Shown here piece after piece: positions 50,601-59,800 of a stretch of 64,000 bases of DNA; position 1 is the first letter of the stretch; every line of letters begins with the position of its first letter. A program made the position numbers and the translations under genes. Source of the stretch: an uncultured Oscillospiraceae bacterium (GTDB lineage: Bacteria > Bacillota > Clostridia > Oscillospirales > Oscillospiraceae); NCBI GenBank assembly GCA_950075865.1, contig CATMVA010000002.1, forward strand, positions 6,173-70,172, written 5' to 3'. A model generated the notes under the pieces. That model was given only the letters and a program-made list of their open reading frames with translations. It made no database searches and had not been told where the DNA came from.

Positions 50601-53600
50601 GATTATTGGGATCGATCTTCTCGAACTCCACAGTAGCGGTCATGCTGCCGGTGGGGATCTGCACCCGGAACAGATTGGGGTCAGGCTGGTCCCAGGCGGG
50701 GACAACCGTACCGAAGGGAGGATCGGGAGAAATGGTCACAGAGGTCGGCTGCTTCAGGCGGTAGCCGGGAGCCACGTTCACCCGGACGGTCACCCACTGG
50801 CCGGCGGTCAGGGGCTTGTAGAGGTCGCTGGCGGCCTCATTGGGCGCGCTCACGGTCTTACGGACGATGGGACGCGCAGAGGTCACCGGGGCGCCGTCCA
50901 CCTCCACGATCTGGGCCCAGTTCTCGTCCGCACCGGTGGTGTTGTCATCGTCACGGACATTCAGGGTCAGGCTCAGTTCGGGCTCCGGAGACGGATCACC
51001 CCGGAGCAGTTCCAGATAGACCAGCACATCCTCGCCGGGCTGGGGGAAGGTCATATCCACCACGCCGCCGGCGCCGTTGTTATAGCCGTCGCCACTGAAA
51101 GTGGTGAAGGCATACGCCTGCCCGGTGGTCTTCCCTACGATCCTGTGGTCGCCGATACGCCAGCCAGGAAGCACGGTCATTTTGCCGGTCACGGTTCCAC
51201 CCTCGGGGCTGGTGGTCAACGGATAGACCACGCCGGCGGCCTCCACCCAGCCGGTGCCGCCGTCGGACAGAGTATAGCCCGAGGAGGTGGGGTTGCCGCT
51301 GCTGTTCACCGGGGTCATCGTAGCGGTATAGTTCTCGCTGCGGAACTTCACCACCACCCAGGTGTCGCCGGTGGGCATCTTGAAGCCATTGGCCTTCAGG
51401 TCATTCAGGTCATTCTCGGTGGCATAACGGTAGAGCAGCACGTTTTCGTCCCGGTCACGATAGACCGAGACCGATTCCACATGATAGCCCGACGCCTCGT
51501 CCCAGGCGGCACTGACGGTGTTGCCCGAGTAGACCATGGTGCTGTCATAGGCGGTGCCGTCGGTCCCCACACGAGTCACGGAATTGGTCACGCCGGTCTT
51601 ATCCTTGCCGCTGAGGGTGGCGGTGTTGGCAGCCAGGTTGCCGGCATCCTCCAGGCGCAGGTAGAGGTTATAGTCGTTGCTCTGGCGGAAGCGGACCATC
51701 ACCTGGATGTTGTTGTCCGGCATACCGGCCGTGGTACTCACGGGAGAGTTCACGGTGATTCGGTAGGTCCTGGTGTCCGTGGTGCTGGATACGGGAGACC
51801 CGGCGGTGATCAGGGCTTTCAGATCCTCCGGGGGAACCGTGGAATCGTCGGCATTGTAGAGCCATGCCTCATCGATCTCGTAGTCGTTGAGTACGGTCAC
51901 TTCCAGGGTCAGCTGGCGGCCGGTGGGAACATTCTCCAGACGCTTGTTGGCGCCCTTCCCGTTGACCATGATACTCTTCGTTTCGCCGTCGGTATAGTTA
52001 CCGCTGGGGGCGTTGGTATAATCCCGGTAGGACAGGGTGGCCTGGTTCCTGGAATCGCCCGCGCCGTCGTAGTTGACACCCAGCTCGGCATAATGGGTGG
52101 AACGCTTGGCATAGGTCACAGTGGCGTCCACATTGCCCGAGGGCATATTGAAGGTCACATGCCGCTCCCAACGGTCGGTACCGATCTCCCGGACAAGGCC
52201 TGGGTCCACAGCGCCGACCTTCACAGTGGGATCGGAGCGGCGGGTCACCTCAACGGTGGCCGTATAGTCCGGATGGACCAGCACGTCCACCTTCATGGGA
52301 GCGCCCTGGGGGAGTTTATCCAGCAGGTCCTTCACGGGAGTGGCGGTCAGGTCGGTCTGCTCCTGAACGGCGCCGGTATCATCCAGATGGGCCAGCACGG
52401 CTGTGTTGGCCGTCATGCTGTCGGTATCCACAAGGACCAGTTTGGCGTTGTAGGTGGTATCGATAGACGGGTCGGTATTATAGATGACCTCCACCGTGAT
52501 GTCGTCAGCCGGCATGAGGAAGGTATAGACATCCTGGCCAAGCGAGGTGCTCACAAGAGTCAACTTGGGTACCGGGGTGCTGGAGTTGCCTGGGGTCAGG
52601 GTGATGGAGGTGGTCGTGGTCGTTCCGGTGTTCTTGTTGACGGTCAGGGTCATGGTCAGACCGGCCTGGACGTCCTCCAGCGTGTCACGGCCGGGAGACG
52701 GGTTGTTCACGCTGGCGACACGCAGACCATCGCTCAAGGTGGCGGTGTTTCCGTCATTGAACGAGGCGTTGGGCGCACTCAGGGTGGCGTCGCGGGCGCT
52801 GGGCGTCTCGTTGACGCCGGTAAAGATGTTCAGATCGCCCTCGAAATCGAACATTTCCTTCAGGTTGTGGTGGGGGGTGCGGGTCTCCCGCTCCCAGGCG
52901 CCGAAGGAGGAGGGGGCATTGGGATCATCATAAATGCCCGCGCCAAAGGAGCCGCCGCCCATGGAGAAGGTGGAGGCATCCCGTACCAGGCGGAAGCAGA
53001 GCTGGGGACCGGAGCCGATGACGCCAGGGATCGCGGCGGTGGTGTCGATGTCCTTCAGCTTGAAGGGCAGCATCATCACATATTTGGTCTCCTCGTTGTC
53101 CACGGCGGAAAAGCGGTTGGTGGCGGTATTGTCCAAATCAGCATACTTCTCCAGGGAGACATAGAGCATCTTCCAGGTATTGGTGGCGGCATAGGGCAGA
53201 CCCTCGGGCGGGAACTCCCGGGTGTCGGAGTCACTGACGATATCCCGGTCGGGGATGGCCTGGGTGATGCGGTAGTAGTTGCTGTTCCACTGATTAGCGG
53301 CGTTGGGGGTCCCGGACAGGTTTGCGGCGGTCAATTCGGCCAGGTAGCTGTCGGTATAGTAAGGCTCCACGTATTTGGTGTTATAGTAAAAGCCCAGTTC
53401 CAGGCCAGTGAGGCCCCTCCCCTCCTTGGACAGCTCAAAAACAGAAAGCTTGTCAATACCCACGGCAACCCAGAAGATGATAGTCTGGGTGGAGGGGTCA
53501 TAATTGTCCGCGTCATACCGCTCCCAGGGGCCTGCCGGCTCCTGGAATTTACTCTGATCCTGTGTGGAGGGCACCGTGATGACCGGGCTGGCGCCGCTGA

Positions 53601-53799
53601 ACATAGAAGTATTGTCGCCCAGGAAGTCGATATAAAGAGTGGGCTTGGTGACGGAAGCCGTATCGGCGCGCGGCGAGAGCTCCGGCTCGGCCGCTTGGGC
53701 CGCTCCGGAGGAGAGGATGGTACTGAACATGGACAGCACCATGGTGCAGGCCAGTGCCAGTGACACCAGTCTGCGTCCCTTGCCTCTCACCTCTTTCAC
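38683..53799 (-). CDS. Giant secreted protein (~5038 aa): N-terminal cohesin-like domain, many beta-rich repeats, C-terminal X-module + dockerin, acidic tail
   Basis: Signal peptide GRRLVSLALACTMVLS...AQAA; recurrent F.MP..DV.V.V motif; GDLD...DGKIDDLD and ADLDGDGLITDLD calcium loops; start GTG 53799 or 53808. Confidence 0.88.
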   Translation of the reverse strand: MKEVRGKGRRLVSLALACTMVLSMFSTILSSGAAQAAEPELSPRADTASVTKPTLYIDFLGDNTSMFSGASPVITVPSTQDQSKFQEPAGPWERYDADNYDPSTQTIIFWVAVGIDKLSVFELSKEGRGLTGLELGFYYNTKYVEPYYTDSYLAELTAANLSGTPNAANQWNSNYYRITQAIPDRDIVSDSDTREFPPEGLPYAATNTWKMLYVSLEKYADLDNTATNRFSAVDNEETKYVMMLPFKLKDIDTTAAIPGVIGSGPQLCFRLVRDASTFSMGGGSFGAGIYDDPNAPSSFGAWERETRTPHHNLKEMFDFEGDLNIFTGVNETPSARDATLSAPNASFNDGNTATLSDGLRVASVNNPSPGRDTLEDVQAGLTMTLTVNKNTGTTTTTSITLTPGNSSTPVPKLTLVSTSLGQDVYTFLMPADDITVEVIYNTDPSIDTTYNAKLVLVDTDSMTANTAVLAHLDDTGAVQEQTDLTATPVKDLLDKLPQGAPMKVDVLVHPDYTATVEVTRRSDPTVKVGAVDPGLVREIGTDRWERHVTFNMPSGNVDATVTYAKRSTHYAELGVNYDGAGDSRNQATLSYRDYTNAPSGNYTDGETKSIMVNGKGANKRLENVPTGRQLTLEVTVLNDYEIDEAWLYNADDSTVPPEDLKALITAGSPVSSTTDTRTYRITVNSPVSTTAGMPDNNIQVMVRFRQSNDYNLYLRLEDAGNLAANTATLSGKDKTGVTNSVTRVGTDGTAYDSTMVYSGNTVSAAWDEASGYHVESVSVYRDRDENVLLYRYATENDLNDLKANGFKMPTGDTWVVVKFRSENYTATMTPVNSSGNPTSSGYTLSDGGTGWVEAAGVVYPLTTSPEGGTVTGKMTVLPGWRIGDHRIVGKTTGQAYAFTTFSGDGYNNGAGGVVDMTFPQPGEDVLVYLELLRGDPSPEPELSLTLNVRDDDNTTGADENWAQIVEVDGAPVTSARPIVRKTVSAPNEAASDLYKPLTAGQWVTVRVNVAPGYRLKQPTSVTISPDPPFGTVVPAWDQPDPNLFRVQIPTGSMTATVEFEKIDPNNPRPQTATLYITDSTTTGGTNTATLTNTDNAASAPANSTSTHTGTVAFTTGENFLLQVFPAPGCKAVAKVVNGGSNRTLSLSDPNWADTFQGLNGDADVFVTFVDEDEDLTDKYMLTLNAVGPDGVGDAGYADLAFGASTVGPAQSNGAPVSAMVKKGETVTLTATPQSGYSLWYISYVRNGAVTTAPVTSDGSFTMPDEALDVTVHFRTGNEPRNHTANIVLWLENAAGTATTPVNTAVVGDAGFGTAPTTPTVYSVSAASGDHMDVWGEVQDGYYISRIEITPTILGESGTYTGSFVSTDVDFTMPDADVRVNVYFKAGWVNDADLTAKLTVTDPAELPGNHAQFIDPVGVGPLTNGMSDTVTTHQSGKVKVDASFEPLYTCDTIIKDVSGTPLSPSQYRWYGNTLEVDMPINSVTIELVYHLRGEGDKHEALLHYEPSWPTAAEYAEISATIDSVVVTKTGIAPDDGCLKPLYQMERVDILIHSAIRPGLTVVSRSTGLDNMTLSTLTDNKDGTWSASFTMQDDDADIYVVFPTVEPPTEEHELVTLVATGPSGVGKTGEATLSNPSLPVTTPPTPTSATAEANPTGLKTLYAKPGDLLTIDATPESGYMVDSIILTDAKGNITTIGGSSLACSYTFPMPVDPNDGPAKVTVTFAEKPADGTLEAKLSVNDGGDSRNKAELRNYPLPAGTPVYGALSSDKRKITGLSLGDGVYIDITSMAPGYKVQISVFPAGSVTTDVTKDRSFLMPGMDVEVLVEFVDNGLDRYDISLAVTTATTPPPPSTVDPANTASLTTPLTATQGPIYTGQPSVHAQAQAGDQVVIDLSYDQTKYKAVATASGAITGSLPLSPDKTQVTFTAVNGNVDVVVTYYDKDKVPSYDVTLHLLDKDLNPIVPGAWSAAQLADFQRNMVSWGALNTDVTQTPPALTIQVPYGETVHVEAFGSTLLPAYGYVKEAYATWGSAPGTMLTAFTDGTPITLGPQDTYTPAGSGTRVSRIFDFTMQMAQADVYIVLDDVKNAPPTPEYTARLVVTGPATSPTGVTEPVGAAGSATLARSSTTAPTSVTMKSNEIPNPPGSNTITVAESETLTLTVTVNPGYKLGGVTALTLGVPLSPDTSSTDATTGVTVYTYTMPAADVDVKVDLIRDPDTELYRVTLDLTDPGSANATNVHYSAYSATKNGDNFPVPADQTVTIDLTAGADSYIKHVYVVSASGQVQKLTVVTPSGRANLQNYGSDDSVNPVNGVATFVMPAEDVTVHVVYEKDTNPPTGDLTAVVTMFDPGNTGTSTVTMSRTSPAASVTASSNGVTSSPLSVYPDEHVTIRVNPAPGYKVAKVELTGGGLPDMPLTATDLSGERYEFDMPTAPGYDVGVVVTLEQTEEDTFTATLVTVDHTSALGNTTSMKVQGTAGVGVVWAGTITDLAGNETIVTTVSPEEGVRVAAVLATDAKGTRRLSQGSTVNTYNYPMSSDTGDVTITVILDNVDAPHMHVVNVVKGTGAELTGNDVTDLTNTTNPSLPGGTLWVGSYENNVVTLDVTTAPSSYVKVTAVDSHGNTVPVTQQGLTGNVKAWLETPDDNVTVTVDWTDTPPTLQDYTLTLEVEGDAGLQASGTDAALTGGAKNLRAPNTSGTVVSNTDTTTAQEGAVLTLAEYLNGYFVQKITLISGGVELDLPVDTASLVMPSADTTVRVTFTAGEQTARPYDENQDPNTKGYTPGYLIADNPGFNHLEITVPNLYDTAMETVPDTTVFNLYYKNGGAAIRLIPGVDYDVTTGPTSYIHGGFTGQRFTIRSLKGESPLTHVTVNGGLLYITATDPVTPKAESRLVEVEVPADPYLGHHKAILKVIDSSGVSGNLAEMNVVVGTTGLSTTVTNAGTITGLLGDERVRTMAKAAPGARVSAVTATVLDSTGAPIGGSTLLGRVPDGYLSDGSQRFPFDMTGEDVLITVYFETDGLDPDDPTRYIASVEKRGAIGVPGNDATVINDARNDLLKGQIWAEGLEGNGMKVTVTTAVGYYADVTVVNKWTGAPVAPSVTGVGDGIPFDVTFDMPAADVQITVTFSTDPPKNAANKLILKVTDPYGKLGNEATLTWNGPGSPLQANGSAPTTDSTAAGEEVPVGTTIKVDTLAALITDTTTTPPTVLEDYFVKQVIVTWTDGTLSGAQAVTMSLPAGAPTGSHALEGSFLMQKGETTVEVIFEKGPRSPRPVDPAHSETYTDNTYTRPADHQKGWIGAVTLSDDPALPGKVQITVPALFDDSLPTPEERLFDAIEHYKLYWKDKSGFYHELVPGTDITISAGILLPDENTYTYTGSTGPVTQTFDAYRFEVEPIHRNSELDYYIKNGGVIYITATTADRPESDYTEVWITKAYKATLVFEPNGTSATLSEPGGRFVNTDGAVLGGLADGTTVTVKDTVADPGYTVLGVVATTVSGSVNVPVSITGEYDYTISGADVELRVVYEKDDDPLKSKGPWIVTVQKKGDDGLAGNTASVMDTSVPIPPEQKGNIWTAAYEGNVVRIDVSTEPGYHAEITAVIKGTTTEVKVAPFGSYGQLYMPRDHVDVTVEYKKGPPDPHALKLTVAGPGGPGDYTTTINPAGMTGVFISGNYDKHPVPGDGSLVPVDTELNLSTSVAGAYSVASVVMVVNGITIDIPLTDGSAWPLPKMPAADAEIIVTYVVGEQTARPYDPAHANRYTPSYTHGSAEDVSTTHQDGWILAVSSGVNKITITVPTLHEKKGGSDNLYDADDTTYKLYWRDNIGAFQPLTVGSDITISDGQAVPGAFTYGGTVYDGYKFTVTIRNPQTLWGGYTLDEYMISGGSIYITATGGGSGANESEKTEVVVPPRDGTLIATFEVVDTTTDTAGTRTHTLDDGLGHIVTDDGQQITQLRGGETMTTTVDVSALSPDAQVQSVTVTTASGGTTFVPGGNIPSTTPNAYADKMPNEDATYTLILKDKDSDRYTAAVKVVDPAGAPGNTADIENSEDPTAPTGNIWAVGHGSVDENGVPNGETMVVNFNTDISDPTVTYYANVTAVLASDGVTPVPILQLGVTGSGTAYFDMPEDNVQVTVTFTTTPPPDVPLLLTLSGHDQKAGNYAMVDWTDSASAPKSLMATGGMAPNTNDYTVPRKDGAESLDMLVTPGTSLSIITGRDSGYIVDSIKIKDELSGYELTLPMTMGSAGTLMPVILQSTPRAARITVTYKPGELTPRPYDPEHDPYYSSATPTKYAHNTDDDLSTTHQDGWLLADNLGGGSIQVTVPVLARDVEPETVIETDPDTGESKLVQKPVPEPNQYPLFDVLQEHTFDLYLYNEIADTYTRLVAGVDYDMSAGITLLPDYYTDPVGNPSAVPPVAPGTKYVGAQFTVSEVPGGKLEGLLARGGISLYITATNTDTTAEPPWFESERTELVIPSVGLVPYDPDRVNDPTKTYEDHWIRAENWGDYLTVTVPALNKTKDGPVTDVEDVNGDSHAFHFYLQPDGTDRAGDMVDVTGLIRLTNYDKFFDKTWTAPSPLDYTHQEEYKTDVFYTVPGLGTDPDRDVTGARFVLEILTDDEINALFADPTSQEASDAKAAADILRKIMDNSGTMKDAASTEDEDKRRLYITVVDDADPTNPQEGEKVDFQVPQYYTFTGELQSWAPTHTAALSIHRWDASAATPDYENEPFMTLELGLDPAVYDPALYNGHWSQSFTFKSSELAGETFKLKVRKTAHIPYDHVGLVMDPDLTANAQYKESGRNDETAKVFTLASPISLFCGDLDPIFPGPDGKIDDLDRNLLAGFLYLEYEWNTDTEADPGWDLSVFNPDSYAYAADLDGDGLITDLDMTILMYDYNFGRWQEDYGTPVGLEHVPTGYAVPFSEEAALLDLTGGEVLPTEGEEVPPEGEEVPPEGEEVPPEGEELPPEGEEVPPEGEEVPPKGEELPPEGEDPVPTPEPDPDPDPEAEADPEPNPEPDLTPDPTPDPEEGEEDFSNLPQNPEDEDQNPENKG
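38868..39044 (-). repeat. In-frame 21-bp tandem repeat (~8 copies) encoding EGEEVPP
   Basis: Repeated GGAACCTCTTCGCCCTCCGGG-like units. Confidence 0.9.
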
Positions 53800-53850
53800 C
53801 GCAAACACTCCATTCTTTCTGTTTCTTTTGTGTGGGATGGTCGCCTTACA

Positions 53851-56800
53851 TCAAATGTTCTCTTTCCAGCAGAGCATAGTGCCGCTGTTAACGGCGCGCA
53901 GGACGTACTTGTGGGCCCAGTGCTCCGAAGTGACGTCCAAGGGACGGATCAGGTCGGGAGCTTTTGTGTCTACTTCCGCAGCCAAGGTTTTGGCGATAAA
54001 TGTAGCCAACTCGGCGCGGGTCACCGGGTCGTCGGGGCTGTAGCAGCCGCCGCCGGTGCCTACCGTGATCCCAGCCGCGGCCAGGGCGTCGATGTAGGCC
54101 CAGGCCCAGTGGTTCTCCGGGGTGGCGTCTGTGAAGGCATGGGGGGCGTTGGGGTCTGTCCCCACGGGAAGCATGAGCATCTGGCACAGCACCACGGCCG
54201 CTTCGGCACGGGTGGCGGTGTCGTCGGGGGCAAACAGGTTGTCGCCGATGCCGTTGATGATCCCCCAGGTGTCCAGCCGGTCCAGCTGCTCCAGATAGGA
54301 AGCGCCGCCGGGAACGTCATCATAGATGTTGGCCAGGGGCTTAGGGACCTTACGCTCAGTGGTCTGGAAGACTCGAGCCATGATGGTAATCATGGTCTGA
54401 CGGGACATGGTCAGCTCGGGAGCGAAGATCTCGCCGGGGAACAGATCCATGTAGGCGTCGGTATAGTAGACATTGAGCATGGCACCCTCGTAGGGATAGT
54501 CGCCCATGACCCGGACAGTCATGGTAGCGCTCACACTGCCGCTGCGGGTCTGCACCGTAATGACAGCAATACCCGGGCCCACAAAGGTGACTAAACCGTT
54601 CTTATCCACAGTAGCCACGGCGGGATCCGAGCTGGACCAGCGCAGGTTGCGGGAGCTGGCGCTCTTGGGCGTCAGCTTCAGCTCCAGCTGAACGGGCTCG
54701 TCACCCGGACGGGCGGTGAGCTCGGCGGGGATGATCTCGATGGTCTTGAGGGACGGGGTGTCATCAGCACGTGGGACCGAGGTGACATAGACCGTCAGAT
54801 CCCGGCCGCCCAGGGAGTTGGCGGGATTGACCAGCTTCTCCTCCTCGGCGGTGGTGCCGTCCTCCTGCTCTACGGGCAGTTTGACCATGATGTCCTGGCT
54901 CAGGTCAAAGCTCGCTCCATAGGTAAGAGCAACCTTTTTGGCCTCATCCCAGAAATAGCCGGTATAAAGGCTTTGGGTCAAGTTGCCTACCAGGCGCTCA
55001 AAGGTGCGCTGCTCATTGTAGGCAGTAATATCGGTGAACCAAACGTCTACAAGCGTAGTCGTGTAGAAAACAGTGTCGCCCTCCCCCTTCACTTCGGTGC
55101 TGTCATAGAGGTCCACACGGTAGGTGTAGGTCCAGGTGACGGGGCCGGAGACACGCTCCACAGTCCGAATCTTGTCGTCGGTGACGGCCGCTGCGGCATC
55201 GGCCACCGCCTGTTCGGCGGCCGCGACGGCCTCCTGAACAACCGCAGCGGTGGGCAGGTCAGAGCTGCCGGTGATCGAGTTGGTGAGGGCCGAAGCCTTA
55301 TAGTTGCCGGTCTCACAGAGACGCACATTGGCCATCACGTACTGGCCGCGGGGCAGGGACGGCTCAGTGCCAATGTCGCCGTCCTGGGCGGAGCCGTCCC
55401 CAATCAGCTCACCACCAAAGTAGGGACTGTCCTGCCAGTTGGTGGTCAAGGCTACGGTGCCGTCCGGGTTCAGGCGGACCAGTTGGTACTCGTAATGGAG
55501 CTGACTGTTCAATCGGTCGGCAGTGTTGCCGAAAGTGGAGGCGTGCCTGTCTACAGATACCGCCACGGCGTTGGTGTGTTCGTCCACGGTCAGGCTGATC
55601 TGAACATCGGGGGCCTGGACATGCATGGCAGTCCGGTCGGCCTTGGTGATGGTTGCCTTGGGAGCGCCGTCACGGCCGTTGATCCCCGATTCCGTAGAGG
55701 TCACGGTAGCGGGACCGATATCGTAGTTATCCTTGTCAGGGCCTATGAGCTTGATGCCGTCCACACGCACGACAATGCCTTCCCCGGCGTTGGGAGACGT
55801 ATAGGTGAAGCGGATACCGCTCTCGCCCGAAGCGAAGGTATAGTTACCCAGTTCCTGATTGGTATAATCGGTACCGTTGTCCACCCAGATCTTGTCGTTG
55901 CCATAGACGTTGGTCAAATGGATGGTGCCGGTAGTGACAGTTGTAGTATCATAGACCTTATCGGCCGCGGTGAATGTATAGGTCAGCGGCCTGGGGTTCA
56001 CCTGGATGGCACCGTTGGAGGAAGAATTGTTCCGTAGAATGATGGGAGCCACATAGCCGGCACCCGTCTCGTTGGATACCTTGGCCAGGACCAGAATGTA
56101 TTTCCCGTTATGCCCGTTTACCGTCAAGTGATCATTATTCTGAACCTTGGTATAGGTGGTGGGGATCTTCTCCCATTCGGACTTGGCCGGGACGGATGCA
56201 CTATTATAATAGTAGGCATCGGCCAGGGAGAAGTTGCCCACATTGTAGGTGGATGTCGTGTTATCCTCGTAGGTCACCCTGATCCCCAGATCGGCAAGCT
56301 GCAGCAGTTTGTCTCCATAGGTAAAGGTCAGGTTGGGCTGGCCAAAGGGCTCGATCTTGGTGATCCGTTTCTCGTGGACTTCGCCCAGGTTGAAATTATT
56401 GCCGACGATCGTAGAGCGGCCAGCAACCAACGTATAATTCTTGCTGTCCGCGTTCTCCACAAGGGTCAGATCGTTGATGCGCACAGGGGCCGCAGAGGTG
56501 ACTGCAGAGGTATTGGCATAGTTAAAGTCAATACTGATCTCAAGCACATCGTCGCCCACCAGGGCGTTGTTGCCTTCAAAGGTCAAGCCGCTGCTGGAAT
56601 CATTGAAGATGGACAAGGCAAAGTCTGTCTTGGCTTCGGCACCGCTGCCGCCCACGTAGCCGACAGTCTTATACTTGGTCTCGGTCGAGGCACCCACATG
56701 GACACTGTTCAGTGGAGACTTCTTGATCTCGGTCACATAGACGGGACGCTCGACTACATGAATCGTCGCGTTCTCAAACCGAAGCCTGTAGTTCGCCATA

Positions 56801-59800
56801 GAAGACCCATCCGAATCAAGATAAAGCCTGTAGTCACCCACGTTGGAGTTCTTTGCCGCGTCGGTGTCAAAAGTGGGGCCCTTGAAGGTAGGATCAATAG
56901 CCGACAGGGCCGACGAGGTGGCCGCCGTATCCAGGGCCGCGGCGGAACCTTCGGCTTTCAGATTCCGGTCAGCAAGAAGCTTCGCATCCCATTCGGCCAA
57001 AGTGGATGGATCAAAGGTGAATCTATAGGTACCGTTGTTCTCGCCGTAAGCCCGGGTCTGGTCGGTCGCCTTCAGCACCAGGGCACGTTTGGCTACAGTG
57101 ACCGTCATACCCACGCCAGGCGCAAGTGTCGCCACCTGAACAGGATCGTTGGGAGTAGCCTGACCGGTAATGACCAGTTGTCTGTTGTTGTAGTCAGTTA
57201 CGGTAAGGCGTTCCCCGTTTTTCGCCTCGGGGCCGTCCGCGCTGTCCCAGTGGACGGTCATACCCTTCTGGGCAAAGGTGTTGGTCTCTACCTGGCCGGA
57301 AAGGGCCAGGCTGTAAGTAACATCCTCAGTGGTGCCGTCCGCATAGGTAATCTTCACCTGCAGAGTGCTCAGGTCCAGAGTGCCCATACCAGACTCGCCA
57401 GCGCCGCCATAGGTGTAGCCCAACTTGGGAGAGGCGATGACCTGGATGCCGCCAAGACTCCGTTTGACGACGGTGCCGGTGGAATCGGTCCGATCATAAC
57501 CGCCCGGCTTGGAAGGATCTCTCTTCGCCGTCCAGCCGCTGGCCGCAGGCGCAGAGCCGGCAAAAACCAGTTCATAGTTGCTGCCCTGCCCTTCTGCCGC
57601 CATCAGGTCCAGCTTTTCAATGGCAACTGTCACATCCAGACTACTCTTGTCGTCCAGGTTCCAGAAGGGGACGCTGTTGTTCTGCTTCTCAAATGTGGCC
57701 TGGAACTTCACCGTCACTCTGTCTCCGGCGCAAATGGCATCCCCCTCCAGAGTCAGTCCCGGTTCCGGATAAGTCACGGCCGCTTCATGACGCCCCCACT
57801 GATAATAGGGAATGTTTTTCTCCGGCAGCTCCGCTTCGATCTTTTCGGCGGAGGCTTTCAGATCCTCGATCACATTGGTGCTGGAATCAAAGAGGATGGT
57901 CCCCACAGGGCCCTGGATCTGGGTTACCAGGATGGGGCGCTTCAGGATAGTCAGCGTAGCATATCCCAGGATGGGGGCCGCCTGTTCCTCGGGGGAATCA
58001 GGATCCTCAGAGACAGCAGATGTGGCCAGTACCTCCTTGGTGTCCGCATCAACAAGCTGATACCGGAAGCTGTAGTTGTCACATTTGGCACCGTAGACCA
58101 GCATATAGCGGGTACCTATTCCGGTGGCCGCCGTCACATCCTCACCCTCGGTCAGGCTGTTGTTCACTGTGCTATATTTGTAGACAGGCTCTTCATAATT
58201 GTAATTGGCCAGCTGCTGCTTTAAGGTGCTGCTATCGTCACGCATGCCCTCATAGCGGTCCCACCCGGCCAGATCAGCCGTCTCATACCGATAGCCAAAG
58301 GCAGGGTTCTGCTCCCCATAATACCGTTTCAGGGGATTGACCTTGATGGTCAGGGTCTTCTTGTTGACGGTGAAGGGACCGATGTAAATGGGCTTCAGAT
58401 CGGTACCCGGAGCGGAGATGCACAGCCACTTGTCGTTGTGGTCCTTCACCGAGATCTGCTGGCCGGTGTAGGCCATGTCAGTGTAGGCAGATGTGGTCAG
58501 GCTTTCGGCGGTGATCTCGGCCGGCTTGGCGCCGTTGCTGTCCACCCACTGGATGGCGATGCCCCGGTCCCGATACAGCTGGGCAACGCCGCCGTTAACT
58601 CCCTGCGTCCAGAACTCACCGAAGAACGAGATGGGGGTTTCTTCGGGCTTCCCCTGGGCATCCAGATAGGTCAGGCTGACACTCAAATGATCCAGCGCCA
58701 GCGTCTCGCCATAGGTGTAGACACGGTTGCTGTCGGGCTTTTCCGCCGGTGAGTTCCACTGAGCTTCCAGATTGCTGAGCTCCTGTGCCTTGACCAAGGC
58801 CTTGCCCTCCTGGTTCGTGGGTCGGACCCAGCCGTCTTCCTTCGGGTGTCCCGTGATCTCCGAAGCGTTGGGATTAACTAGCACATAACAGTTGTTCCTG
58901 TTGGTTTCTGCCGTCTTGGCCAGCTTGACGTCGGCCACCTTGGCATCATGGAGCTCTTCCTTCTTGGTCAGCTTGATTTGGTTCAGATCCTCCACTATGA
59001 CGGTGTAGTCCAGAACCACCTGGTCACCGTTGGCGATCGTTGTAGACGCCGACAGGGGAATGTCATTGTAGGCTCCGCTCACGGCTGGGCTGGTAACATC
59101 AAATTCGTGGGTCAGGTAGCTGGCGGTATTTCCCTCGATCTGGTTGGAGGTCGCACTCACCAAAATCTCACCCAGGGGCTCCTTGTTCAGCTTATCCACC
59201 AAAACGGGCCTGGGGTTGACGGTCAATGTAGCCCAACCGAAATCGGGGGATATCTTTTCCTCGGTGTCTCCGCTGGCAGGCTGGACATAGTAGAACTTGT
59301 AGTTTCTGCTGCCGCCGCTCTCCATCATCACCCAGTAGCTGCCGGGCACGGTGGTAGCGGTCACCTCGGCGCCGTCCACAGCCTGGGTGGTGCGGAGACT
59401 GATCTCCGGAGCGCCGTAGTCATCATTGGTCTTGTTGAGGAGTGTAGCCAGCTCGGCGGCGGTGCCGCCGTTGGTCTTTCCGTCCGTTACGTCAATGGCC
59501 TTGATCTGCTCCGGGTCATAGGTGAAGGTCTGGGCTGTGGTAGCGCCGTTCTGTCTCGGGTTCTGACCATAGTACATGTCTACGTTCTGCACGGTCAAAT
59601 TCAGGGGAGCTTTGTCGACAGTGATCTGGAATTCGTACTGGGTGATGTTCCCGCTGGATATACCGGACTGAACAATGAAGGTGTAGGTACCGGCCTGGGT
59701 AGGCGTGCCGGTCAGGGTCTTATGCTGCCAGTTGTATGTGATGCCGGGGGGCAGCTTGGTGGCATCCAGAATGTCATTGTCGGCAATGTTGATCTGATTG

